64,000 nucleotides of DNA from Aminithiophilus ramosus (GTDB lineage Bacteria; Synergistota; Synergistia; Synergistales; Aminithiophilaceae). Location: positions 2,943,945 to 3,007,944 of the forward strand of contig NZ_CP072943.1 of assembly GCF_018069705.1 (NCBI RefSeq), given 5' to 3'. Both the position numbers and the translations under genes were made by a program. Under the pieces are notes generated by a model, which was not told the DNA's origin, made no database searches, and saw nothing but the letters and a program-made list of their open reading frames with translations. Below are positions 48,085-56,481 of this stretch, piece by piece (position 1 is the first letter of the stretch; each line of letters opens with the position of its first letter).

Positions 48085-50052
48085 ATGAAGAAAATTTTCG
48101 CTTTCCTTGCAGCCGCCCTGCTCCTCGCGGGAACCGGTCTTGCGGCGCTTCTTCCCCGGATGCGGGAGGAGGTGGCCGTCGCCGGAGTCTTCGCCGCCGC
48201 GGCGACCGTTCTCGTCCCCGTCGTCACGGTTCTGAGAGGGGAACCGGTCTCCCCTCTTTCCCTTCCCTGGCCCCTCCCCTGGGGAAACCTCTCTCTGGGT
48301 CTGGACGGCCTTTCGGCCCTCTTCTGCCTGCCCACCGTCGTCCTGGCGCCCCTGAGCGCCCTCTACGGCCTGGGCTATCGCCGCGGCGGGGGGAAGAAGG
48401 CGTCGCCTTTCCTCTTCAACCTCCTCGTCGCCTCGCTGCTGCTCATCCCGGCCGCCCGCGACGGTCTCCTCTTCCTCCTCTGCTGGGAGACGATGGCCCT
48501 CTCGTCCTTTTTCCTCGTGGGCGAGCATCACGAGGCGGAAAAGGTCCGCCGAGCCGCCTGGATCTACCTGGTGGCGACCCATCTGGGCACGATGGCCCTT
48601 CTGGCCTTTTTCGCCTTTCTCGGCAACGAGGCCGCCTCCCTCTCCTTCGAGGCCTTCGCCGGCCTCGACCTTTCTCCCTCCGCCGCCACGACCCTCTTTC
48701 TTCTGGCCCTCGTCGGCTTCGGAGCGAAGGCCGGGTTGGTGCCCTTCCACATCTGGCTTCCCGAGGCCCATCCCGCCGCGCCGAGCCACGTCTCGGCCCT
48801 TCTCTCGGCCGTCATGCTCAAAATGGGCCTTTACGGCCTGCTGCGAACCCTGACCTTTTTCCAGCCCCGGGAGAGCTGGGGGTGGGCCCTTCTCTTTCTC
48901 GGCCTCGCCTCGGCCCTTTCGGGCCTTCTCTTCGCCCTGGGGCAGAAGGACCTGAAGCGGATGCTGGCCTATTCGAGCGTCGAGAACGTGGGCATCGCCG
49001 TTCTGGCCTTCGGCATCGCCCTCGTCGGCCGCTGCCGCGACCTGCCCTCCGTGGCCTTTCTGGCCTTCTCGGGAGGTCTGCTCCACGTCCTCAACCACGC
49101 CCTTTTCAAGGGACTCCTCTTCCTGGGATCGGGGACGGTCCTCCGCCGCTGCGGCACGGGGGAGATGGACCGCCTGGGAGGGCTCCTGAGGGTCATGCCC
49201 CGGACGGGCGGCGCCCTCTTCGTCGGGAGCTGGGCCATCGCCGCCCTTCCGCCGTTGAACGGCTTCGTCGGCGAATTTCTCCTCTACCTGGCCGGCATCG
49301 AAAGCGTCATGGCGAAAGAGACGCCCTCCATCGCGGCCGGCGCGATCGTCCTCGCCGGCCTGGCCTCCGTCGGGGCCCTGGGAGCGGCCTGTTTCGCCCG
49401 GTTCTTCGGCATCGTCTTCCTCGGCCAGGGCCGTTCCGAAAGCGCCCTTCAGGCGACGGAAGCGCCTCTTTCCATGACGCTCCCCCTTGCCCTTCTGGCC
49501 CTGCTCTGCCTCGCCGCCGGTCTCGCCGCTCCCTTCATGCTCTTTCTGGCGGCGCCGGGAGCGGCCATCCTGACGGAAAGCGCCGATGGGACGCTCCTCG
49601 CCGGGGCTTCGGCGACGCTGCACAAGCTCACCCTGTCCACAGGCCTCCTCGTCGCCGCCGTCGCCGTCGTCGCCGCCGTCCGCCGGGGCATCTCCGGCAG
49701 GGCGCCGCGGGACGAGGGCCCCACCTGGGATTGCGGCTACGGGAGGCCCACGCCGCGCATGCAGTACACGGCCACCTCCTTCAGCCGCCCTCTGACGGAC
49801 CTCTTCGCCCCCCTCCTGAGAACGGGCTTTCGGGGACACCGCCCGGAGGGCCTCTTTCCCGAGCCCGTCTTTCTCTCGACGGAGACGCCGGGAACGGGAG
49901 ACGACGGCCTTTTCCGGCCCCTTTTCCGGGCCGTCGATCGGCTCCTGGCGCCGCTGCGCCTCCTCCAGCAGGGGCGGGTCCAGCTCTATGTCCTTTACAT
50001 CGCCCTCACCCTCGTGGCGCTTCTGATCGGAAAGGCGGGATCGCTCCGATGA
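48085..50052 (+). CDS. Group-4 hydrogenase-type membrane antiporter-like subunit (HyfB/NuoL family)
   Basis: 655-aa polytopic protein with the NuoL/MrpA-like core (WLPEAHPAAPSHVSALLSAVMLKMGLYG). Confidence 0.75.
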   Translation: MKKIFAFLAAALLLAGTGLAALLPRMREEVAVAGVFAAAATVLVPVVTVLRGEPVSPLSLPWPLPWGNLSLGLDGLSALFCLPTVVLAPLSALYGLGYRRGGGKKASPFLFNLLVASLLLIPAARDGLLFLLCWETMALSSFFLVGEHHEAEKVRRAAWIYLVATHLGTMALLAFFAFLGNEAASLSFEAFAGLDLSPSAATTLFLLALVGFGAKAGLVPFHIWLPEAHPAAPSHVSALLSAVMLKMGLYGLLRTLTFFQPRESWGWALLFLGLASALSGLLFALGQKDLKRMLAYSSVENVGIAVLAFGIALVGRCRDLPSVAFLAFSGGLLHVLNHALFKGLLFLGSGTVLRRCGTGEMDRLGGLLRVMPRTGGALFVGSWAIAALPPLNGFVGEFLLYLAGIESVMAKETPSIAAGAIVLAGLASVGALGAACFARFFGIVFLGQGRSESALQATEAPLSMTLPLALLALLCLAAGLAAPFMLFLAAPGAAILTESADGTLLAGASATLHKLTLSTGLLVAAVAVVAAVRRGISGRAPRDEGPTWDCGYGRPTPRMQYTATSFSRPLTDLFAPLLRTGFRGHRPEGLFPEPVFLSTETPGTGDDGLFRPLFRAVDRLLAPLRLLQQGRVQLYVLYIALTLVALLIGKAGSLR

Positions 50053-50948
50053 CCTCCTGGCTCTTCCCCCTGGCGGCCTGGCTCGCCGCCCCCCTCCTGC
50101 CGGGCCTGATCTATCGCGTCAAGGCCCGCTTCGCCGGAAGGCGGGGCACATCGGCCGTCCAGCTCTACCGCGACATGGCCAAGCTCTTCCGCAAGGGCGT
50201 CGTCGTCAGCGACGTCTCCTGCGGCCTCGTCCGTCTGGCCCCCCTCTGTTCTCTGGGCGCCCTCCTGACGGCCTCTCTCTTCCTCCCCTGGGGGGGGATG
50301 GCCGGCCCCCTCTCCTTCCGGGGCGATTGGGTCTTTCTGGCCTATCTTCTGGGCCTGTCCCGCTTCGTCACCGTCCTGGGCGCCCTCGACACGGGGTCGA
50401 GCTTCGAGGGCATGGGAGCCTCCCGGGAGGTCCTCCTCGCCCTTTTCGTCGAGCCGTCCCTCTTTCTGGGAATGGCGGCCCTTCTCCCCTCCTCGGGAGA
50501 GGGGACCTTGGCCTCCCTCTTCGCCCCCGGCCAGGGCGCGGCCCTGGGGCTCCTCGTCGCCTCCTCCTGGTTCGTCGCCCTTCTGGCCGAGAACGCCCGC
50601 ATCCCCGTCGACGATCCCAAGACCCATCTGGAGCTGACCATGATTCACGAGGTCATGATCCTCGACTCGAGCGGCCCCGATCTGGCCCTCATTCACTACG
50701 CCGGAGCCCTCAAGCTCTGGCTCTTCTCCGCCCTCGTGGCCGACCTTCTTCTGGCCTCGCTGCCCGTCGACGGAGCCCTGCGCCTCGGTCTCTTTCCCCT
50801 CCTCGTGGCGGCGACGGTCCTTGCCGTAGGCCTCGTCGAGTCGACGATGGCCCGGCTTCGCCTCAACCAGGTGCCCAAGCTGCTCCTCGGCGCGGGAGCC
50901 CTGGCGGTCGTGGCCCTTCTGCTCAAGCTGACGGGAGAGCGGCTGTGA
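50049..50948 (+). CDS. HyfC/HycD/NuoH-like membrane subunit
   Basis: Start overlaps the stop of the upstream gene. NuoH-like N-terminus (LYRDMAKLFRKG). Confidence 0.7.
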   Translation: MTSWLFPLAAWLAAPLLPGLIYRVKARFAGRRGTSAVQLYRDMAKLFRKGVVVSDVSCGLVRLAPLCSLGALLTASLFLPWGGMAGPLSFRGDWVFLAYLLGLSRFVTVLGALDTGSSFEGMGASREVLLALFVEPSLFLGMAALLPSSGEGTLASLFAPGQGAALGLLVASSWFVALLAENARIPVDDPKTHLELTMIHEVMILDSSGPDLALIHYAGALKLWLFSALVADLLLASLPVDGALRLGLFPLLVAATVLAVGLVESTMARLRLNQVPKLLLGAGALAVVALLLKLTGERL

Positions 50949-51601
50949 ACGCCCTCGCGGCCCTGCTCATCCTCTCGGGACTCCTCCAGCTCGGGTCGAG
51001 CCGCCTGGGCCTCTCGATCCGGATGATGGCCTTTCAGGGCATCGTCCTCGCCCTCGTCCCCCTCCTCACCGAAGGCGGTCATGGGGGATTCGGGGTCTGG
51101 CTCCTGGCGTCGGGGACGCTCCTCCTCAAGGGCATCGCGCTCCCCTTCCTGCTCGATCACGTCCTCCACCGCGTGTCGATCCGCCGGGAGATCGAGCCCT
51201 TCGTGAGCTATCCCCTCTCCATCCTGGCCGGGATCGCCCTGCTGGGCCTCTCCTTCTGGGTCACGGCCGGCCTTCTGCGCGTGGGAAGCCCCTTCCCCCT
51301 TCTTCAGGCGACGGCCTTCTTTCTCGTCCTCGTCGGCCTCTTCCTCATCGTCAGCCGGCGGAAGGCCATCACCCAGGTCCTGGGTTACCTCGTCCTGGAG
51401 AACGGCATCTACGCCGTCAGCCTCGCCCTGGGCAGCTCGCTCAACGCCTTCGTCGAGCTGGGCGTCCTCCTCGACGTCTTCGTCGGCGTCTTCCTCATGG
51501 GAATCCTGATCTTCCACATCAACCGCGAGTTCGACCACATCGACGCCGACCTCTTCAACGAACTCAGCGATCTTCCCTCGGGAAGGGAGACAGTGCGATG
51601 A
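50945..51601 (+). CDS. HyfE-like membrane subunit
   Basis: GTG start. 218 aa, LENGIY motif typical of hydrogenase-4 component E. Confidence 0.65.
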   Translation: MNALAALLILSGLLQLGSSRLGLSIRMMAFQGIVLALVPLLTEGGHGGFGVWLLASGTLLLKGIALPFLLDHVLHRVSIRREIEPFVSYPLSILAGIALLGLSFWVTAGLLRVGSPFPLLQATAFFLVLVGLFLIVSRRKAITQVLGYLVLENGIYAVSLALGSSLNAFVELGVLLDVFVGVFLMGILIFHINREFDHIDADLFNELSDLPSGRETVR

Positions 51602-53058
51602 CTCTCCTCTGGTCTTTGATCCTCCTGCCCGCCTGCGCCGGAATCGCGGCCTTCCTCGTCGGCCGCGACGACGCGCGACGCCTGCTCTGGGGCGTTTCGG
51701 CCCTGGTCGAAGGCCTTCTGACCCTCCTGGCCGTCAAGGCCGGTCCCGTTCGGGGACCCTGGATCGGCCTCGACGAGATCTCCCTCCTCTTCCTGGCCCT
51801 GACGGTCCTCCTCTTCCTGGCCGTGACGGCCTACAGCCTGGGCGAGGTCCGGAACCGTCCCGCCCCTCTCCGCCGTCAGGGAGAGGGCCTCCCCTACGCC
51901 GTCGACGCTCCGGAGGCCGTCTTCACGGGAGGCATGCTGCTCTTTCTGGCCAGCATGGTCTTCGTCGTCGTCAGCCGTCGCCTGGCCCTCCAGTGGGTCG
52001 CCATCGAGGCCACCACCCTGACCAGCGCCCCGCTGATCTACTACCACCGTCACCGCCGTTCCCTCGAGGCGGCCTGGAAGTACCTCCTCGTCTGTTCCGT
52101 CGGCATCGCCCTCTCCCTCATCGGCGTCTTTTTCATCGCCGCCGCCTGTCCGCCCGACGTGACGACCCTCTCCTTCGACGGTCTCATCGCCGCCGCAGGC
52201 CGCCTCGACAGGCCGCGTCTCCAGATGGCCTTTCTTTTCATCCTCGTCGGCTACGGGACCAAGATGGGGCTGGCCCCTCTGCACACCTGGCTGCCCGACG
52301 CCCACAGCGAGGCCCCTTCGCCCGTCTCGGCCCTCCTCTCGGGGGCGCTGCTGAACTGCGCCTTCCTGGGCCTTCTCCGCGTCCAGCAGATCGCCGTCGC
52401 CGCCGGAACGGGGCGCTTCGGCGGCGACCTGCTTATCCTTTTCGGACTCCTCTCCCTGGCCCTGGCCGGCGTCTTCATCCTGCGACAGCCCGACTACAAA
52501 CGCCTCCTGGCCTACTCGAGCGTCGAACACATGGGACTCATCGCCCTGGGCGTCGGCCTCGGCGGAGGCGGCGTGGCGGCCGCCCTCTTCCACGCCGTCA
52601 ACCATTCTCTCGTCAAAGGGGCCCTCTTCCTCGCCTCGGGAAACATCCTCTCGACCTTCAAAAGCAAAGGAGTCGGCGACGTGACGGGGCTGGGCCGAAG
52701 GCTGCCCCTCTCGGGAGCCCTCTGGTTCGGCGGTTTCCTGGCCCTCGTCGGCTCGCCCCCCTTCGGACTCTTCCTGAGCGAATGGGGACTTCTCAAGACG
52801 GCCCTCCTCCAGGAACGCTGGCTCGTGACGGCCCTCTACCTGCTTTTCCTGAGCCTGGCCTTCGTCGCCATGTCGGGCCCCTTCATCTCCATGACCTTCG
52901 GCGAGGCGACCGGCCCGATCCGGAAGGAGCCCTTATGGGCCGTCCTTCCCCCCTCGGTCCTTCTCGTCTCGGCCCTCGTGCTGGGCCTTATGCCGCCGCG
53001 ATCCCTTCTTAACCTGCTGAAGGGCGCCTCTGCCGCACTGGGAGGGACCGGACTGTGA
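51598..53058 (+). CDS. HyfF/NuoN-M-like antiporter-type subunit
   Basis: WLPDAHSEAPSPVSALLSGALLNCAFLGLLR (NuoM/N core). Overlapping start/stop. Confidence 0.75.
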   Translation: MTLLWSLILLPACAGIAAFLVGRDDARRLLWGVSALVEGLLTLLAVKAGPVRGPWIGLDEISLLFLALTVLLFLAVTAYSLGEVRNRPAPLRRQGEGLPYAVDAPEAVFTGGMLLFLASMVFVVVSRRLALQWVAIEATTLTSAPLIYYHRHRRSLEAAWKYLLVCSVGIALSLIGVFFIAAACPPDVTTLSFDGLIAAAGRLDRPRLQMAFLFILVGYGTKMGLAPLHTWLPDAHSEAPSPVSALLSGALLNCAFLGLLRVQQIAVAAGTGRFGGDLLILFGLLSLALAGVFILRQPDYKRLLAYSSVEHMGLIALGVGLGGGGVAAALFHAVNHSLVKGALFLASGNILSTFKSKGVGDVTGLGRRLPLSGALWFGGFLALVGSPPFGLFLSEWGLLKTALLQERWLVTALYLLFLSLAFVAMSGPFISMTFGEATGPIRKEPLWAVLPPSVLLVSALVLGLMPPRSLLNLLKGASAALGGTGL

Positions 53059-54545
53059 CCGTCTTCGCGCCTCTGCAACGCTCGATTCTGCCTCTGGACG
53101 CCCTGCCCCTCTCGGCTATGGCCGATTTCGGCCCCGCCCTGACCGAACGGGTCCGGGAGGGAATGCGTCTCAGCGCCCTCTTCGCCGTCCCCCGCGCCGA
53201 AGGTTTTCTCCTCCTGGCCCTTCTCTCCGGAGAGGACGCCCTCCTCCTGGCCGGGGCGACGGAGACCGACGGGAGCTACCCCTCCCTGACGCCGGCCCTT
53301 CCCCAGGCCCATGCCTTCGAGCGGGAAATGGCCGAGACCTGGGGCCTCCGCCCCGAAGGGCATCCCTGGCTCAAGCCGCTCCGCTTCTGCCCGCCCCGGA
53401 ACCTCCGGGGCGGAAAGGAAAGGCCCCTTGCGGGAGAGGCCGACTTCTACCGCGTCGAAGGGGCGGAAATCCACGAAGTGGCCGTGGGCCCCATCCACGC
53501 CGGCGTCATCGAGCCGGGCCATTTCCGGTTCCAGTGTCACGGCGAAGAGGTGCTCCATCTCGAGATCAGTCTGGGCTACCAGCACAGGGGCGTCGAAAGG
53601 GCCCTCGTCGGCGGCCCCGACCGGAGGACCATGGCCTACATGGAGACGCTGGCCGGCGACAGCACCATCGCCCACGGCACGGCCTACGCCCTCGTCGCCG
53701 AGGCCCTCTCGGACCAGGACCCCTCGCCGGGAGCCCGTCGGCTCCGCTCGGCCGCCCTCGAGCTGGAGCGTATGGCCAACCACGTCGGCGATCTGGGAGC
53801 TCTGGCCGGCGACGTGGGTTTTCTTCCCACGTCGGCCTACTGCGGCCGCCTCCGCGGCGACCTGCTCAACCTGACGGCCCTCCTCTGCGGCAACCGTTTC
53901 GGCCGAGGCCTCGTCCGGCAGGGAGGGGTGGTCCCCCTTCTTTCTTCCCAGCGGCGGGAGACGCTGCTGATGCGCCTTCGGGCCATCGTCGCCGACGTGG
54001 AGTCGGCCGTCGGCCTTCTCTGGGAGGCCCCCTCCGTCCTGGCCCGGTTCGAGGGAGTCGGAGCCCTGTCGGCCCCGACGGCCCGCGATCTCGGCCTCGT
54101 GGGACCGGCCGCACGGGCCTGCGCCGTCTCGAGCGATCTGCGAACCCGCCGCCCCTGGGACGCCTTCGTGGAATTTCCCGTCCCGGAGGCCCTCTGGACG
54201 ACGGGCGACGTCATGGGACGGGCCCGCGTCCGGGCCCTGGAGTTCAGCCGGTCGGCGGACTTCGTCGAGAGGGTTCTGGCCGAAGAGATCGAGACCGCCC
54301 CTCCAGCGTCATCGGCCCCCCTGAAGGCCGACCACCTGGGGGTCTCCCTCGTCGAGGGGTGGCGGGGCGAGGTCTGCCACGCGGCCCTCACCGACGGGCG
54401 GGGGCGCCTGGCGCAGTACAAGGTCGTCGATCCCTCCTTCCACAACTGGCAGGGCCTGGCCATGGCCATGAGAGGGCAGGCCATCTCCGACTTCCCCGTC
54501 TGCAACAAGAGCTTCGGCCTCTCCTACTGCGGCCACGATCTCTAA
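53055..54545 (+). CDS. NuoC-NuoD fusion-type large subunit (HycE/HyfG-like) that lacks the N-terminal NiFe-ligating cysteines
   Basis: VGPIHAGVIEPGHFRFQCHGEEVLHLEISLGYQHRGVE is HycE-like. The expected R-x-C-G-x-C-x-x-x-H motif reads ETLAGDSTIAH. The C-terminus has C-x8-C instead of DPCxxC. Confidence 0.7.
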   Translation: MTVFAPLQRSILPLDALPLSAMADFGPALTERVREGMRLSALFAVPRAEGFLLLALLSGEDALLLAGATETDGSYPSLTPALPQAHAFEREMAETWGLRPEGHPWLKPLRFCPPRNLRGGKERPLAGEADFYRVEGAEIHEVAVGPIHAGVIEPGHFRFQCHGEEVLHLEISLGYQHRGVERALVGGPDRRTMAYMETLAGDSTIAHGTAYALVAEALSDQDPSPGARRLRSAALELERMANHVGDLGALAGDVGFLPTSAYCGRLRGDLLNLTALLCGNRFGRGLVRQGGVVPLLSSQRRETLLMRLRAIVADVESAVGLLWEAPSVLARFEGVGALSAPTARDLGLVGPAARACAVSSDLRTRRPWDAFVEFPVPEALWTTGDVMGRARVRALEFSRSADFVERVLAEEIETAPPASSAPLKADHLGVSLVEGWRGEVCHAALTDGRGRLAQYKVVDPSFHNWQGLAMAMRGQAISDFPVCNKSFGLSYCGHDL

Positions 54546-54557
54546 GGAGGTCTTTCA

Positions 54558-55325
54558 ATGCTGGACATCATCAGGGCCCGCCTCCTTCAGGGGTACAGGA
54601 CCCACCCCTTTCCGAAAGAGCCGCCGACCCTCCCCGAGGATTTCCGGGGACTGCCCCTCCTCGAAGGCGGCTGTCCCGGGACGTGCCGAAGCTGCATCGA
54701 CGTCTGCCCGACGGGAGCCCTCTCGAAGGACGACGGAGAGTTGGTCCTCGACATGGGGCTCTGCCTCTTCTGCGGCGCCTGCGCCCGGGCCTGCGCACGA
54801 GGGAAGATCGCCTTCTCCCGCGACTATCGCCTTGCCCGCCGCCGCCGGGAGGACCTTCTCGTCCGGCCCGGCCCGGCACGCCCCCTCTTCGAGACGCAAG
54901 GTCCCTCACCCTTCCGCCACAGCCTCCACCTCCGTCAGGTCAGCGCCGGAGGCTGCAACGCCTGCGAGGCCGACTGCAACGTCCTGGGGACGCTGACGTT
55001 CGACATGGAACGCTTCGGCATCTTCTTCTCCGCCTCGCCCCGTCACGCCGACGGCCTCCTCGTCACGGGACCGGTGACGGCCAACATGGCCCTGGCCCTG
55101 AGGAAGGCCTACGACGCCCTTCCCCGGCCCCGCCTGGTCATCGCCGCCGGAAGCTGCGCCGTCTCGGGCGGACTCTACGCCGGTCACGACGAGACGCTAC
55201 GGGGAGCCCCCTCGCTCCTGCCCGTCGACTGCTACATCCCCGGCTGTCCGCCCAGCCCCTGGACCCTTCTGGACGGCCTGCTGCGCCTCATGGGAGGACC
55301 CGTCCGGAACGGCGCGGAAGGCTAG
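54558..55325 (+). CDS. Fused 2x[4Fe-4S] ferredoxin (HycF/HyfH-like) plus NuoB/HycG-like small subunit
   Basis: N-terminal CPGTCRSCIDVCP and CLFCGACARAC. C-terminal GGCNACEAD, GSCAVSGG and PGCPP cluster-ligand motifs. Confidence 0.7.
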   Translation: MLDIIRARLLQGYRTHPFPKEPPTLPEDFRGLPLLEGGCPGTCRSCIDVCPTGALSKDDGELVLDMGLCLFCGACARACARGKIAFSRDYRLARRRREDLLVRPGPARPLFETQGPSPFRHSLHLRQVSAGGCNACEADCNVLGTLTFDMERFGIFFSASPRHADGLLVTGPVTANMALALRKAYDALPRPRLVIAAGSCAVSGGLYAGHDETLRGAPSLLPVDCYIPGCPPSPWTLLDGLLRLMGGPVRNGAEG

Positions 55326-55342
55326 AAAGGGTAGAGCCACAG

Positions 55343-55381
55343 ACAGCAGGCCCTCCGGCTTCCGGCCGGAGGGCCTGCTGT
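55343..55381. terminator. Hairpin between convergent operon ends
   Basis: ACAGCAGGCCCTCCGGC ttcc GCCGGAGGGCCTGCTGT, a perfect 17-bp stem. Confidence 0.5.
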
Positions 55382-55450
55382 CGTCGCGGTGGCGGACGGG
55401 AATCCGCCGCGAGGCGGGTGCCCCTCAGGGGCGAAAAAGGAACATCCTCT

Positions 55451-56215
55451 TCAGAGACGGAAGGCCATCCACTTGTCGCGGAGACGGATCAGGACGCCCT
55501 CGGCCTTCAGGTCGGCCAGGGCCCCGTTGAGCGCCTCCAGAAGTTCCCTGTCGTCGCGCCGCAGGGCCAGGGCCTTGGCCGATCCTGCAATCTCCCAGTC
55601 CAGGGCCAGGGCGATTTTCCCCACGAAGGGCTCGCGGCCGGCCATGGAGACCGCCACGGGACGGTCGACCAGGGTGGCGTCGGCCTCGCCGGATAGAAGG
55701 GCATCGAAACAGTCGTCCGTCGTCGGACGGCTCAAGACATCCAGTCCCTCCAGGGTCGTGACGTAGACCTCCTGAACCGTGCCGGCGATGACGGCGACGC
55801 GTCGGCCCTTCAGGTCGTCGGGCGAACAGAGGGGGGGCCATCCGGCAGGGACGACGAAGGTGCTCCGCGAGATCTCGTAGGCCTCGGTGAAGGCCACCCG
55901 CCGGGCCCGCTCCTCGGTGGCGCTCATGCCCGAGGCGATCAGATCGATCTCGCCCTCGACGAGGGCGTCGATGAGGTTCGTGAAGGGCCTGTCGATCCAG
56001 ACGAGTTCCCTGCCCAGCCGGGCGGCCAGGGCCTCGACGAGGTCGACGTCGAAACCGGCCAGGCCCGAGGGGCCGCGAAGGACATAGGGAGGATAGGCGG
56101 CATCGGTACCGACGCGCAGAGGCACCTCTCCGGCCCCGAGAGGAACGGGACCGGCAAGCGCAACGGCCAGGAAAAAAAGGAAGACGTTCAGGGTACGGCG
56201 CACCGATGCTCTCAC
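55451..56215 (-). CDS. Amino-acid ABC transporter substrate-binding protein (family 3 SBP)
   Basis: Signal peptide and SBP_bac_3-like sequence (LRVGTDAAYPPYVL, DLIASGMSATEER). Confidence 0.7.
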   Translation of the reverse strand: MRASVRRTLNVFLFFLAVALAGPVPLGAGEVPLRVGTDAAYPPYVLRGPSGLAGFDVDLVEALAARLGRELVWIDRPFTNLIDALVEGEIDLIASGMSATEERARRVAFTEAYEISRSTFVVPAGWPPLCSPDDLKGRRVAVIAGTVQEVYVTTLEGLDVLSRPTTDDCFDALLSGEADATLVDRPVAVSMAGREPFVGKIALALDWEIAGSAKALALRRDDRELLEALNGALADLKAEGVLIRLRDKWMAFRL

Positions 56216-56481
56216 CTTTCGGCCTCCTTTTTCCGGCCTCTCGCGAGGACGGCAGCCAAAGGGGTTCTGAAACCTCTCTCCGATCGACGGCCTGAATATC
56301 CTATATTTTAATAATCTTACAGGTCCCTGTCAAAGGCGAACCCTGCGTCGGCGAGAGCTATATAGTTTAATGATATTTTTCTGAAAAAACCTTTCATCCC
56401 GCTCCTCTATGGCTTGATTTTTTCACGCTGCAACTCTAGACTGAAAAGAGTTCCCGTTCATTTCGATGGAGGTGACCGTCC

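Noticed and set aside
48072-50948. 958-aa ORF spanning the first two hydrogenase-like genes
   Set aside because: Only its last 300 codons (50049-50948, NuoH-like) are in a real frame. The upstream part is an alternative frame of the NuoL-like gene 48085-50052.
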